Source: Botryllus schlosseri
Lineage: Eukaryota
Direction of reading: 5' to 3'
Length of the DNA: 64,000 nt
Assembly (NCBI GenBank): GCA_051294905.1
Contig: CM119373.1
Coordinates: 36,704,001-36,768,000 of the forward strand
Shown here: in pieces, positions 37,625 through 48,784 of the stretch
How positions within the stretch are numbered: the first letter of the stretch is position 1
Layout of the letters: every line of letters starts with the position of its first letter
Notes under the pieces: model-generated
The model's input: the letters and a program-made list of their open reading frames with translations, nothing else
Database searches by the model: none
Told to the model about the DNA's origin: nothing
Made by a program: the position numbers and the translations under genes

Positions 37625-38192
37625 CAGGGTTGTAACCAAGTCACAAAGGTCCGAGTCACAAGTCAATCCCACTTTTATAGTTTTGACTCGAGTCAAGTCG
37701 AGTAATTTTCAATTCACCACCGAGTCCAAGTCATTGAGCAAAGGTTCGAGTCCGAGTCATGGTATTATGACTCGAGTCCAAGTGATTGTGTTGACTGCTC
37801 AGTTTCCAGTTGAAGTCTTGTAAAACCCACTTTTATAACTCTATTTGGTGATATTAAATGGTTCGCATTTATAATATACTAATTTTCCTCACTTTTAGCA
37901 CTTTCTAGTCATGTTTTCAAGCACCAGTACCAATAGACGAAATCCCAATAGGGTGGATGCTTTACTATTCTTCGAAATTACAATGAAATGTCGGTGTTGG
38001 CAATCTGAGTCTCGAGTCATGTGACTTGGTTCGAGTCATACACAATTACTCAAGTCCAAGTTGAGTCAATACACAGATTGACTCGAGTCGACTCGAGTCA
38101 TTTCCGTATTTTGAGAATATGACTCGAGTCAAGTCGAGTCATTAGAAAATTGTGACTCGAGTCGAGTCATGACTCGAGTCATTACAGCCCTG
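37625..38192 (-). mobile_element. Family F hAT MITE, complete
   Basis: Ends CAGGGTTGTAA / TTACAGCCCTG; TSD CCTACTGA at 37617-37624 and 38193-38200. Confidence 0.9.
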
Positions 38193-38879
38193 CCTACTGA
38201 TTTTTCAAAACGCACAACTAGAACTAAAACTACTCATCTTTCAAAACTCGAGCTAGAACTAGAACTGGTCATCTTTCTGAGCTCGCAACTAGAACTAAAA
38301 CTTAGAACTAGCCTACTTTCTTTTCAAAATGCGCGACTAGGACTACCGTACTCAAAAACCGTTAGTTATTTGACCGTCAACCCAATAGATTGTTAGCTTG
38401 TACAGTAGGGCTCTTAACCCGATCGAAACGGCACACTCATTAATGATAACTGAGCGTATTTTCACGAACACGCTTTACTTAGTCCAAAATTTCCTGGGTT
38501 TTTCTGGTCGTAGACAATTACAACTATTACAGATGGATAGCTATTATCAATACGCATACGTCGAGCCATAAATAACATCTTATACTATCGAATAGCCTGT
38601 TCAAAATGCAGATTGAATACATAAAAACGTTTTGCGCAAAATACAATTCGCCACGGCGTTCGCGTGAATGTGCGCGCGTGAGATAAACCAGCGCCCATGA
38701 CCTAAATCAGCGCATCGCCGAGACATCAAATTCATTTGCAGATCTTTTCTCCTAACATGCGTTGGTTATGCCCATTGCCCATCTATTGGAATACTTATAA
38801 TCAATAATTAGTCGCACAGAAGATTATTTGAAATGGAAGTAAAAATATTTTACGAAATAACATGCGCGGGTTTTAGCAA

Positions 38880-40145
38880 TGTATTTTCTGTTGCTGTTGA
38901 AGATTACGCATATTGAATATTTTTGCTTTTCATACTAATACACCAATACTGCCATGATGTTGTTCAGCGAGCTACAAGATCTCCGCTATTGATATGAGAG
39001 GAAATTTATGTCCGTAAATGGCTGCACTTCTGGTGAAAATGTTTCACGTCTTTCCCGTAGTAGCCTAGCGAATAAAACGAAATGTACCGGCACATCAAAG
39101 CTCCGGTCGCGATTCTGGTATTGAAAGGTATTTTCGTGTCTGCTCGAGATTTCCGTCCACAACGCGCAGGTCATTCATGAAAATTTGACGACCAGCAAAG
39201 CCAATGGCATATATTGCGCCACGCAATAAATGACTTTACAAAAATATGGTTGAATGTCGATTTTCAATTTAGCGGATCGAGGTATGTAGAGTCTGCGGTC
39301 ACGAACGCACTTCGAAACTGATTGCTGCGATGTGCGTGTTGTACAACAGCAATGTTAGTTTCAACACATGGCACGAACTCGTACAAAGGATGGACAAGCG
39401 ATTACATATACCGGCGTTGTGAAATGAATCATTTCAACGTCCGCGATACTATGTTATCACCCAAACAATAACACGCGGTAATATATTTGCTGTTGTGATT
39501 AGCGAAGATTCGCTGTTGCAGATTACGCATATCGATTGCTGCTTTTCATACTAATACAGCATTACCAACATGATGGTATTCAGTTCAGCGAGCTACATGA
39601 TCTCCAAAGCGCAATCGATATGACAGAAAATTTATGTCCGTAAATGGCTTCACTTCTGGTGAAAATGTTTCAGATCTGGCCCATGGTAGAGAACAAAACC
39701 TAAATATGGTTGAATGTTCAATGTCCATTGTCAAATTAGCGAATAAATAGGTATGTAGAGTCGGCGGTCGAGTTGTGCACTTCTGCCTATTGGTTCAATA
39801 GACAGCCCTTGTCTCAAAGCGATTGTCTACATCACCATTGTGGATGAAAGGCTTGCATAATATGACCCGAGGCCTACGATAAGTTATCGTAGGCCCCGTA
39901 TGACCTAATCTTTCTTCAAATGCCCAGTAAAATAGCAGTGAAACACTGCATTTTATATTGCAGATATGACTACCTGTCAGTCCAACCAATATATATTCAT
40001 TTCTACTTGTTGTACAAGAGCAAGGTGTGTTTCGATAAAGCACTATCTAGTACTTAGTAACTCGTACGAAGCGATTACATACATCGGCGTCCGGCACTGT
40101 GAATTGAATCATTGAATGAGCGTCGTCAATACTACAATAACACGC
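38880..40145 (+). repeat. Diverged tandem duplication (~620-650-bp unit) in the MOB1 intron
   Basis: Three blocks recur in order: CTTTTCATACTAATACA...CAGCGAGCTAC...TTTATGTCCGTAAATGGCT.CACTTCTGGTGAAAATGTTTCA; AAATATGGTTGAATGT...GGTATGTAGAGTC; AGCGATTACATA...CAATAACACGCGG. Confidence 0.75.
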
Positions 40146-40429
40146 GGCGCGTGTATGTGCACTGAATGCGAGACGCCTGGCATCAATCGCGCTATAGCCA
40201 ACTATAGCCATCGGTATATCAGCGGTCGTTACAGTCGATTGTATTATCGTAAGAACCTCACTCAGGTCATTTTGGAATCCTGATATTGCTGTGAAATCTG
40301 TCAGGCGATGATTCTATCCCGAGCACGTCTATGTATGACGTAGTCGCAAATTCAAGAAGCAAATTCTCTTTTATTTTCAAAAAGTTGAGAACACTTCTTG
40401 GTATAGGGGCATCACCTGTTTCTCTCTCG

Positions 40430-40570
40430 CTTTAAGAGTAGCTCAGTTGGTTAGGCGGCTGTTTCACGATTACAGCGATATATTGGGTGTCGGTTCAAGT
40501 CTCGTGGTTCGGATTTTATGAACATTTTTCTAAATGCATTGAAATTTGGACTCGAGGCCGGCCGTTCCAG
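40430..40570 (+). mobile_element. tRNA-derived SINE (same family as 8875)
   Basis: A box TAGCTCAGTTGG (40439-40450), B box GGTTCAAGTCTC (40492-40503), shared 3' body. Confidence 0.65.
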
Positions 40571-40574
40571 TCGG

Positions 40575-40960
40575 GTTAAAAAATGACTTTTTTTTTCAAA
40601 TCGCACTGGCTACTTGATAAAATTGTTAGGTTACCTAATTTAAGCCTACACACCAAAGTTGGTTCAATTCCAACCAGTAGCCGCATTGCTACAGGAGAAG
40701 AGAGTTTCTATTCATTATATAAAAAATTTGAAAATTTCCTGTTAACCCCATGAAAGTGTAAGGTTGTCTATAGAAACGTTGTTCACCAAATTTGGTTGAA
40801 TTCCAACCAGTGGAAGCGTAGTTATTGCCGTCGGAAAATTTGGATTAGGAATAAAATAGTATTTACGGTGACCAATTCTTTAATTATTTATTATAGTGGT
40901 GCCCACCGTAAATACTATTTTATTCAAATCCAAATTTTTCGACGGCAAGGAGCGCATGAT
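40575..40960 (-). mobile_element. Family C MITE, inverted relative to the copy at 36068, ending ~125 nt before the acceptor
   Basis: Reverse complement of ~36170-36570, including the CCCCATGAAAGTG and ACAGGAGAAG blocks and the central hairpin. Confidence 0.8.
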
Positions 40961-41083
40961 ATCTCGCCACTCGACGCATTAGAATTGATACTTGATTCAA
41001 GTTAGAGTTCTCAAATTATTGTGCCCAACCCTAATTATAATTGCGAGGTTTTCGCCATAACGGCCTGAATTAATTTTCACCAG

Positions 41084-41500
41084 GTTATGTCCGCCGGACC
41101 GAAGTACGAATACCACTGGGCCGACGGCACCAACATCAAAAAACCCATCAAGTGCCCAGCCCCGAAATACATCGACTACCTGATGACCTGGGTGCAGGAC
41201 CAGCTCGACGACGAATCGGTGTTCCCCTCGACCATCGGAACCCCGTTCCCGAAGAATTTCATGTCCATCGCGAAAACCATACTGAAAAGACTGTTCAGGG
41301 TGTACGCTCATATCTACCATCAGCATTTCTCCGATGTTATGAGCCTGAAGGAGGAGGCGCACTTGAATACGTCTTTCAAGCATTTTATTTACTTCGTGCA
41401 AGAGTTTGGACTTGTTGAGAGGAAGGAATTGGCGCCCCTGCAGGATTTGATCGATAAACTGGTCGATAATGACAAGGAAAAAGCAAGGGCTCAGCGGTGA
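41084..41500 (+). CDS. MOB1: MOB kinase activator 1, coding exon 2 (aa 86-223 plus stop)
   Basis: VMSAGPKYEYHWADG...IDYLMTWVQDQLDDE...KTILKRLFRVYAHIYHQHF...EEAHLNTSFKHFIYFVQEF...ELAPLQ is the conserved MOB1 core with its Zn-ligand His residues. Confidence 0.97.
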   Translation, partial: VMSAGPKYEYHWADGTNIKKPIKCPAPKYIDYLMTWVQDQLDDESVFPSTIGTPFPKNFMSIAKTILKRLFRVYAHIYHQHFSDVMSLKEEAHLNTSFKHFIYFVQEFGLVERKELAPLQDLIDKLVDNDKEKARAQR

Positions 41501-41526
41501 ATCGATGGATATTAATTTACCAAGCT

Positions 41527-41917
41527 AAGGGTTGTTCAAAAATAACTTATTTCAGGATTGTAATGACTCGACTTGTATTCGAGTCATCGCGTATCCCTCG
41601 ACCAAGTCCTGTGACTCAACGCATTCTATATGACCTACTGAAAGTCTCGTATATCACGACAGATAATTGAAAAATAGGCCCAGAATCTGTCTTTTGTTTG
41701 AATAAACATGTTTGGAGTGAGAAAAAAGAGTATATTCTGAATATAAGGCATTCGATATCACCAAAGAGTTTCACAGAAATGTATTGAACTTGACGATGAA
41801 CAGTTAACACTATGACTAGGGCTCGGAGTCTTAGCATTATGACTCGGACTCGACCCCGTTGGTGAATTGAAAATGACTCGACTTGACTCGAAAAATAGTT
41901 ATTTTTGAACGACTCTG
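41527..41917. mobile_element. Family C ends enclosing a family F fragment, immediately 3' of the MOB1 stop
   Basis: AGGGTTGTTCAAAAATAACT ... AGTTATTTTTGAACGACTCT; CAGGATTGTAATGACTCG begins at ~41553; AATAAA at 41701-41706. Confidence 0.55.
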
Positions 41918-42438
41918 AATGTAAATGAAATCGCCACTGCGGGTATAGGACGCGAACTGTATCCGATCGTAAATAATTCGTAAATCGAATATTTTCTCTT
42001 TTCTTAGCTTAGTTTCTTATTCGGTCATATTTTTGGCGGCCCGCCGACATTTTAGCATATGCGACAGTTGAGCATGTGCGTTTAATTTAAGGCTAGGATA
42101 TGCGTAAGGGATGATTTCAGGTTTGGGTTGTTTTTGGGAGTTACAATGTCACATGCTCGAAGAGGAGTAAGCTAAAGTGTCGCATGCTCAATAGAGCTGT
42201 TCGAATAATGACTTTTTTCAAATTTTGCTGGCTACTTGATAAAATAGTTATTAAGCGTAACAATGGATGATTGACCAATGTCGGAGGCCTCTATTTTACC
42301 GGGCTCTAGTACAAATCCTTGTTTTACTGGATCAATCGTAAACCAAATATTTTTCTTTCCTCTGGTAGTGAAGTTTCAGCGACAACGCAATATGTAACTA
42401 TGTAGTCTGAATTTTGAATTTTCACGCAAATTGACCAG

Positions 42439-43336
42439 TAGGGTTGTTCAAAAATATCCTCTTTTTTTCGGATCCTGGGATTCTTTCATTAAATTGTTGA
42501 TTTGCCTGAAAACGCTGCACACCAAATTTGGCTCAGATTTATTGAAAAACTTTTTTTTTTGCATCGTTTTTGTAGACAACTTCACAATTTCATGGGGTCG
42601 AAAATAAAATTCACAACTTCAATTGGCTCTTCCGGGGTTTGTACTGGTTGGAATCGTGCTAAATTTGGTTGGCAGCGATTTTCAGGCAACCTAACAATTT
42701 ATTCAGTGAATCCCTGGAATCCGAAAAAAAGTTATTTTTCAACAACCCGTATGACCAGGTCCAAGCTGAATGCATTCCTATTGTGGTGTTGCAGGCAAAA
42801 CCTACTTGGAGCACTCTGAAAAGGCAAAAGTAGTTCTTACTGACCTCCTCCGAGTGTCGTTATGTGAAAAACTAGTTGATCCAAGGCCAATGTAAGCTAT
42901 TCTATTCAATCCAATACAGAAAAGTTGCACATTAGGGCTGTTCAAAAAAAATGTCTTCGAATTATGGTCTACTTGATAAAATTGTTAATGTGCCTAACAA
43001 GATGTTGCACATCAATCTTGGCTCAATTCCAACCAGCAGACACATTGCTACAAGAAAAAAAGTTTTGGATTTATTTATTGAACAAATTTTACTGGCTACC
43101 CCATGAAATTGTTGGATTGTCTGAAAAAATAATGGACAAGGTCTATAATTAATAATCACGAAATTTGCTACCGTAAATACTATATTTTTCATATCCAAAA
43201 TTTCGTACCCCAGTAACTTCTCTTCTACCAGTCGGAATTGAGATAAAATTTTGTGCAGCTTTTTTTTAGGCAACCCAACAATTTTATGAAGTAGCGTGTA
43301 AAATTTGAAAAAAAGAGTTATTTTTGAACAGCCTTA
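42439..43336. mobile_element. Two adjacent diverged family C MITEs
   Basis: TAGGGTTGTTCAAAAAT at ~42439 and TAGGGCTGTTCAAAAA at 42933; ends GTTATTTTTCAACAACC (~42745) and GTTATTTTTGAACAGCC (~43333); no TSD match seen. Confidence 0.6.
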
Positions 43337-44339
43337 AATAAGCACAGTTGTTACGGAAAGGGGTCATATTTAACACGGCAACTTTCTCTAGTGCTATAAT
43401 CGTATTGATTAACATAGTTAAGACGCTAAGCAGCTGCTGGCTGCTTGTGATTTTTTTCCATCAAGCTTATTTTTTTGTGCGAGTCATCACGGCAATTCTA
43501 GCTACTAGGCTACACATATTTTTGTCATCAAATTTCGATGGTAATTATGTGGCTACCTATTATTGCATATTTTTATTTCGTCAGTGCTTACATTTTTATT
43601 TCTTATTTCTCAGTTACGTGTCACGTTTTGTAAATATTTGGTCAAATAATGAAATTGAGCGTATGTCAATGCCTAGCCAAATAGCGACCCATGATCTGTT
43701 TACGTTGATTTTTAGTATCAACACGCTCCGACACTCTTGACTTACCAATGCGGGGTTTCAATATCCATTGACACGTTGTATAATTCTTGTTGATATATCA
43801 ACTCATAGTGACATGGAGCGTATACTTACTTGGCCTGAATCATCAAAATTAATACTCGATTCAGATGATTGTCCCCAGCCCTCGTTGTATTTACTATGAC
43901 AACATCTTGATTCAACGCATTTTGGCCAAGAGACTTGAAGCAATTCATATGCAGATGCGATATTCTGCATTTTCATCCATACTAGCTGTTAAAACTGTAC
44001 TGAAACTGGCTTTAAATGCTGCCGGTAAGTATCAGTTCCCTGTACGCTACAAACCGACGCCTGTGCAAATGACGATTGATCAGTATTTTGAATTCGACGA
44101 TTTTGTTGCTAGTATTTCGCGGGTGTGACGTCACGGCGGTTTCTCGTTGTTCTATTATTTTTGAATATTTTCTGTGGTTTGATCTTTCACTTTTGATCCG
44201 CATGTGTATGCTTCGACGAATAAATGGCATTAAAAATCCAGCCCTGATTCTGATTGTCTTTCTCTCGCGTGGTCAGTTTTGTTTCACCTAGAATTAGGGT
44301 TCCGATATTTTGAGATACGGGAAAGAGGACACAGACAGC

Positions 44340-44460
44340 TAAAGAGCTTCTTGAGGTAGGCCTACAGATCTTCAATACACCATTACATAGACACTCGTCA
44401 GGGGTAATCGTCAGCAACGAGTAGAGTATATCAAGAACCATATCACAAAATATGACGTCA
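44340..44460 (-). mobile_element. Hammerhead-bearing repeat, copy E (core truncated within loop II)
   Basis: Reverse complement GCTGACG-ATTACCC-CTGACGA-G-TGTC| followed by a deletion; family 5' and 3' blocks flank it. Confidence 0.55.
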
Positions 44461-45758
44461 CCAGCATGACATTTATGAGAGCATTCAATGTACTATTTTT
44501 AGGTGGTACTGCAGATATATTAAGGTTTCCTGGTAACGGCAACTCTACTTCCAAAAGCCCCGCTCTAACGTAAAAGTGCTCTTGATCTTTTTCCGGCCAT
44601 GATTTCGCATAATTTATGGTGCATTTTGTAGTAGGCCTACTCCCCGCCCGGCTCTCAAAGCTATAAAGGGAGACATTTGGGAGTCCTCGGAATACATTTT
44701 TCTATCTCGTGAAAAACGAGGGCAAATCCTGAAGGATAATGAATGGTAACCCTACCAAACGCCCCTATTCATCAACCCTAAACTCAATCATCATGACCCT
44801 CCTATGGTAACACTACCTAGGATTGAAGACGAACGCTTGCAAATGAGTGTGCGATTCAAATTTTATTAGCCACAAATCAACATAATTCATCCGAGACATG
44901 AATATTGAAAAATATGAAGGCTTCTAGCGTGACGGCAGTTGGATAAACAGTCCTAGTAATAATATTGTAATATTTTTGGATCGAAAGTCTAATTTCGCTG
45001 GCATCGTGGATAACATATTGTTTGAAAAGCAATATTTAGTAACACGAGTATGAAACTTGGTGATAACGAAGTATAATTTGACTGACAACTTGAACAAATA
45101 AATATGTTGCAATAATATCCAGTAAAACGATCAGACAACGAAGTATATTGTAGTAACATGATAAATCAAGGCAGGCACGTTTCAAAACTGCCAGCCACTG
45201 AATGCTTAAGTGGAAAACTTTCTGGAAAAGTTGGTGCTAATAGGGCACAAGAATAATCAACTACAAACTAACCATAAAATGTGTAGCCTTCTAGCATCTT
45301 GCACAACATTTGGATAAACAGCCCCAACAATAACAATATCATGACATTTTTTCATTGCAATCATAATGAAGCATCATCTAGCTGGCGAAACAAAGTGAAC
45401 AAATGTTTTTTCCAAGGCAATACCCAACAAAATGAGGAAGCAACTAAGCATATTGTGCAAACATGATAAATTTCTTTGGCAGTAACATTTCAAAAGTGAT
45501 AGCCACATAAGGCTGAAAGCGGAAAAAGTGGCCATAGTTGGTGTTGGTTACCAAGCAGTAGTAATGCCATAAACTTCAACTCAAGTACTAGTAATGATTT
45601 GCAAGTTTTCAAGGCCTGGTTTTGCCTGAAAAGTGAAAACTGTTGAGCAGCAGTCAAAAATCACAACCGCTAGATTATTAATGCCTACTTCATTTCTGAC
45701 CACATCTGGTACTGATACAAAAACAAGTAACTACCATTAATTCTTAAATTAATTAGTC

Positions 45759-46632
45759 CATCGGCGTATGAGCATGCGATAATTGGGCGTGTTACACTTG
45801 AGCGTTTGGGTTAAATTTCAGGTTAGGGTGCGGTTAGGCAGAGTCGGACAATGAGATTATTTCCGGCTTTTCCAAATTAGATTAGAATTAACTCTGGAGT
45901 TTTCCTAAATTAGAATTATAGCTACAGTTTTTTTATCAAATTAGACTAGAATTAGAATTATAGCTACACAGTTTTACTCAAAATTAGACTAGAATTAGAA
46001 TTATAGCTACACAGGTCTTTCTGAAATTAGAATAGAATTGGAGTTATAGGTACGTTTATTTCTAAATTAGACTAGAATTAAATTATAGCTACTTTTTTTT
46101 CTAAATTAGACTAGAATTAAATTATAGCTACTTTTTTTTCTAAATTAGACTAGAATTAGAACGATGACTACAATTATTTTCCAAACTAGACTAGAATCAA
46201 AATTATAGCCAAGTTCTTTTTCCTAAATTAGACTAGAATTAGAACTATGACTACAACTTATTTAAATTAGACTTGAATTAAAGTTATAGCCAAGTTTGTT
46301 TGTTTAAATTAGACTAGAATTAGAACTATGACTAAAAACTAAATTAGAATTAGTTCCGTTTGTTTTGAAATATACGGTTCTCCTGTTGCATTTTCAGGAA
46401 AACCATAAATTAGATCAGAATTAGATAATAGAAATTTTTCTCAATATTAGAATTAGGTTACTAGCATTTCGCTCTAATTAGACTAGAAATATCTAGTAGT
46501 CCAAGTCTGTGGTTAGGATATATCTAAGGGTTGTGTCAAGGGTTAATTTTGGAGTTAGGGCTATAGTTTGAGGTTTATAAGTCACACGCTCATGTGTTAC
46601 AAGCTAAATTGTCGCATGCTCAAACGACAGGG
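45759..46632. mobile_element. MITE with GAGCATGCGAC-type TIRs and an internal ~40-50-bp minisatellite
   Basis: TGAGCATGCGATAATT (left) versus AATTGTCGCATGCTCA (right); about ten units of AAATTAGACTAGAATTAGAATTATAGCTAC at 45870-46335; a related short copy lies at ~42060-42190. Confidence 0.6.
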
Positions 46633-46677
46633 AACCAAATCTATTAACAGGCACCAAAAAACTAGCCGCTAAAGCTA

Positions 46678-47967
46678 TCAATGCGATTGCTGGAGTCCAT
46701 TTTCAGGCTTTTTCTCAGTTCTTTGAAGTCCTAAAAAACCAGGAATCGCGTCCGATTCGGAGTTTTGTTCCAATTTTTCTTTACCCATTCCTTCAACTTG
46801 ATCTTGTAAGATTTTCGCACTTCCAGTTACTATGTCCGCAGCTGATACAGCAAACGTATCCTGATAGTATGACATACATGAGTTTGTGACTGGGTCTATG
46901 TCTGACGCTCCGAAGGTTAACACCGCATTGTCACCCACAACAGCAAAAGAATGCATGCCAACGGCTGGAGGTTTTAGATCACCGTCGATATTTGGTTGTA
47001 ACCAATGATTTTGGACAGAATCGTAAATATGAATGTCTTGAAAATGTTCGTTAGTGACGCCACGCCCTCCTAGAACGACCATACGGTTTCCGACACACAA
47101 CGCAGCATGAAATGATCTCGCGTTGGGCTTTGCGCCTTTCGGATTCGCCTGAGTCCAGTAGGCAGTTCTAGGGTCAAAAAACCAAACGTCATTAGTACGC
47201 CCGGTAACATCCCGCCCTCCAAACAATAGCAATTGTTCATTATTCAAAGCACACAGAGTATGAGCAGCCCTTGGGGTTGGTATGGTGTCTTTTGGTTTAA
47301 TAACAGACCATGTTTTTGACAACGTGTCGTATTTATGCAAGTCGTTAAACCATGTAAAATTAGCAGCTTCTTGCTCTTGTTCAATGTCTTGAATCTCCAC
47401 ATCTTCATATTCCTCATCACTGTCATCTTCGGCAATAGTGGTTAGTGGTTCGGGGGTTAGTTGGGGTCCGAAACCTCCAAAATAGTACACGTCCGTGCCT
47501 TTGGTTGCACTTGATAATTTATCTCTTGGAGAAGGACATTTGCCGGAAATGTGATCTAGTTTAGTCCATTTCGCAGTTTTGATGTCAAATTCATAAAAAT
47601 CATCGACCCAACCTCGATTTTCGCTCAGCCCGCCAAATAAATACAACTTATCACCCACGGCTGACAATGTAGAGCCAGAACGACCCTCTGGGACATCCCC
47701 GCATGCATTTACAAGTTCCCAGTTGTTTCTGTCACAATCGAATTTCAGCAAGTCACTAGTTTCATAGTTTGTGACAATGTTACGCTCTGAATCGTCTTTG
47801 GAAAATGTGCAGACGACGCCTCCGAATACATACAGTGAATTTCCGATCGCAGTGCAGCATTGGCCTTCGCGGGGTTCGAACGGGCACTTTTTTAATGATT
47901 TCCAACTGATCTGGATGTCGTTTTCTAGCTGCTTTGCAGTGATAGGCGCAGATTCTCCGTTGCCCAT
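46678..47967 (-). CDS. Kelch-repeat beta-propeller protein, KLHDC1/KLHDC2-like, single coding exon, 429 aa
   Basis: Six kelch-type repeats (PR.G, LYVFGG, YLFGG, YYFGG, LLFGG, VLGG plus W); the PSPRDKLS..YYFGGFG...W.ND motif resembles the KLHDC1/2 family; uninterrupted ORF. Confidence 0.9.
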   Translation of the reverse strand: MGNGESAPITAKQLENDIQISWKSLKKCPFEPREGQCCTAIGNSLYVFGGVVCTFSKDDSERNIVTNYETSDLLKFDCDRNNWELVNACGDVPEGRSGSTLSAVGDKLYLFGGLSENRGWVDDFYEFDIKTAKWTKLDHISGKCPSPRDKLSSATKGTDVYYFGGFGPQLTPEPLTTIAEDDSDEEYEDVEIQDIEQEQEAANFTWFNDLHKYDTLSKTWSVIKPKDTIPTPRAAHTLCALNNEQLLLFGGRDVTGRTNDVWFFDPRTAYWTQANPKGAKPNARSFHAALCVGNRMVVLGGRGVTNEHFQDIHIYDSVQNHWLQPNIDGDLKPPAVGMHSFAVVGDNAVLTFGASDIDPVTNSCMSYYQDTFAVSAADIVTGSAKILQDQVEGMGKEKLEQNSESDAIPGFLGLQRTEKKPENGLQQSH

Positions 47968-48008
47968 TGTGTATAAACCTTGACGACTATAATTGCACTT
48001 TGCTTACG

Positions 48009-48031
48009 CTGAAAGAAAAAAAGCAGTGAGC
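48009..48031 (-). promoter_or_regulatory. Strong 3' splice acceptor 41 nt upstream of the kelch ATG (5' UTR intron or trans-splice site)
   Basis: Minus strand reads GCTCACTGCTTTTTTTCTTTCAG|CG: branch-like CTCAC, pyrimidine tract, CAG. Confidence 0.5.
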
Positions 48032-48404
48032 ATCGAAACCATACAGTTTATAGATCTGTACAAAAACTACTGGATCTTCAAAACTAGAACTAAACCTTCT
48101 ATTAACGTATATACGATCGGAATGAATTTTACTAGAAAATATCATCGATTCAAAAATAGCACAATAATTTTGTTAAATAATGTTCACATCCCTAATTCGC
48201 ATGCCGACACCATTAAATATTGAGCTTTCCGAACGTAGTAAATTATATTCTGATGTAAAGTAAAGACGACAAATATACCGTAATTTGTTGACGAATTTAC
48301 GCGGGAAGTGAAGTACTCGCTCTCGCTGTGTGGTCTGAGGTGCATATAAATTGGTGATGGCAGCAAAATCGGCAATATCACCATTAACTTCGATGATGTC
48401 ATCA

Positions 48405-48730
48405 TAGTGTCCTATATGGTGTCGACACAAGCAAATCTCACGGTTCAATGAAATTGTATCACGTCACAATTTCCATTTGGCTACAGGCAATTTAACGGTC
48501 TTTTTTGACCGGCTTGCCGAGCATTAAATTTGATGAGTCGGGTATCAATCGAAAGCTGACTCTGCACTGATTACGAAAATATAAATTTTATTCCATTCAT
48601 GGCCCTGGAACCCCCACAATCAGCCCCAAATTATTCATTGTTAAGTAGTTTGGCAGTGTGACGCAACAATGCTGTCTGGCGAAACGAGAGACTAGCTCAA
48701 GAGCAAGGATGCGGCCGAGCGGCGAGAGTG
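48405..48730 (+). repeat. Dispersed ~330-bp repeat (family G), copy 1
   Basis: GGTGTCGACACAAGCAAATCTCACGG...GGCCCTGGAACCCCCACAATCAGCC...GCTGTCTGGCGAAACGAGAG is shared with 51165-51505 and, reversed, with 52613-53197. Confidence 0.8.
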
Positions 48731-48784
48731 GGATCAGCTGACGTCGCGGCAATAGCAATGAGCAATCGCGTCGCAGAGAAACGC

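Larger units (their letters stand above)
34519..41083 (+). other. MOB1: MOB1 phase-0 GT-AG intron (6565 bp), MITE-rich
   Basis: GT at 34519 and TAATTTTCACCAG ending at 41083; splicing restores ...CTAAKCK-VMSAGPKYEYHW, collinear with MOB1. Confidence 0.92.

Noticed and set aside
43348-43740. 130-aa hydrophobic ORF as a membrane protein
   Set aside because: TTG start and T-rich composition explain it; no motif or splice support.
44520-44755. Additional family D-like hAT MITE
   Set aside because: The right end TGGTAACCCTA is present, but the left TIR is poor and there is no TSD.
45870-46335. CRISPR-like array
   Set aside because: Units are degenerate tandem copies without unique spacers; eukaryotic context; no cas genes.
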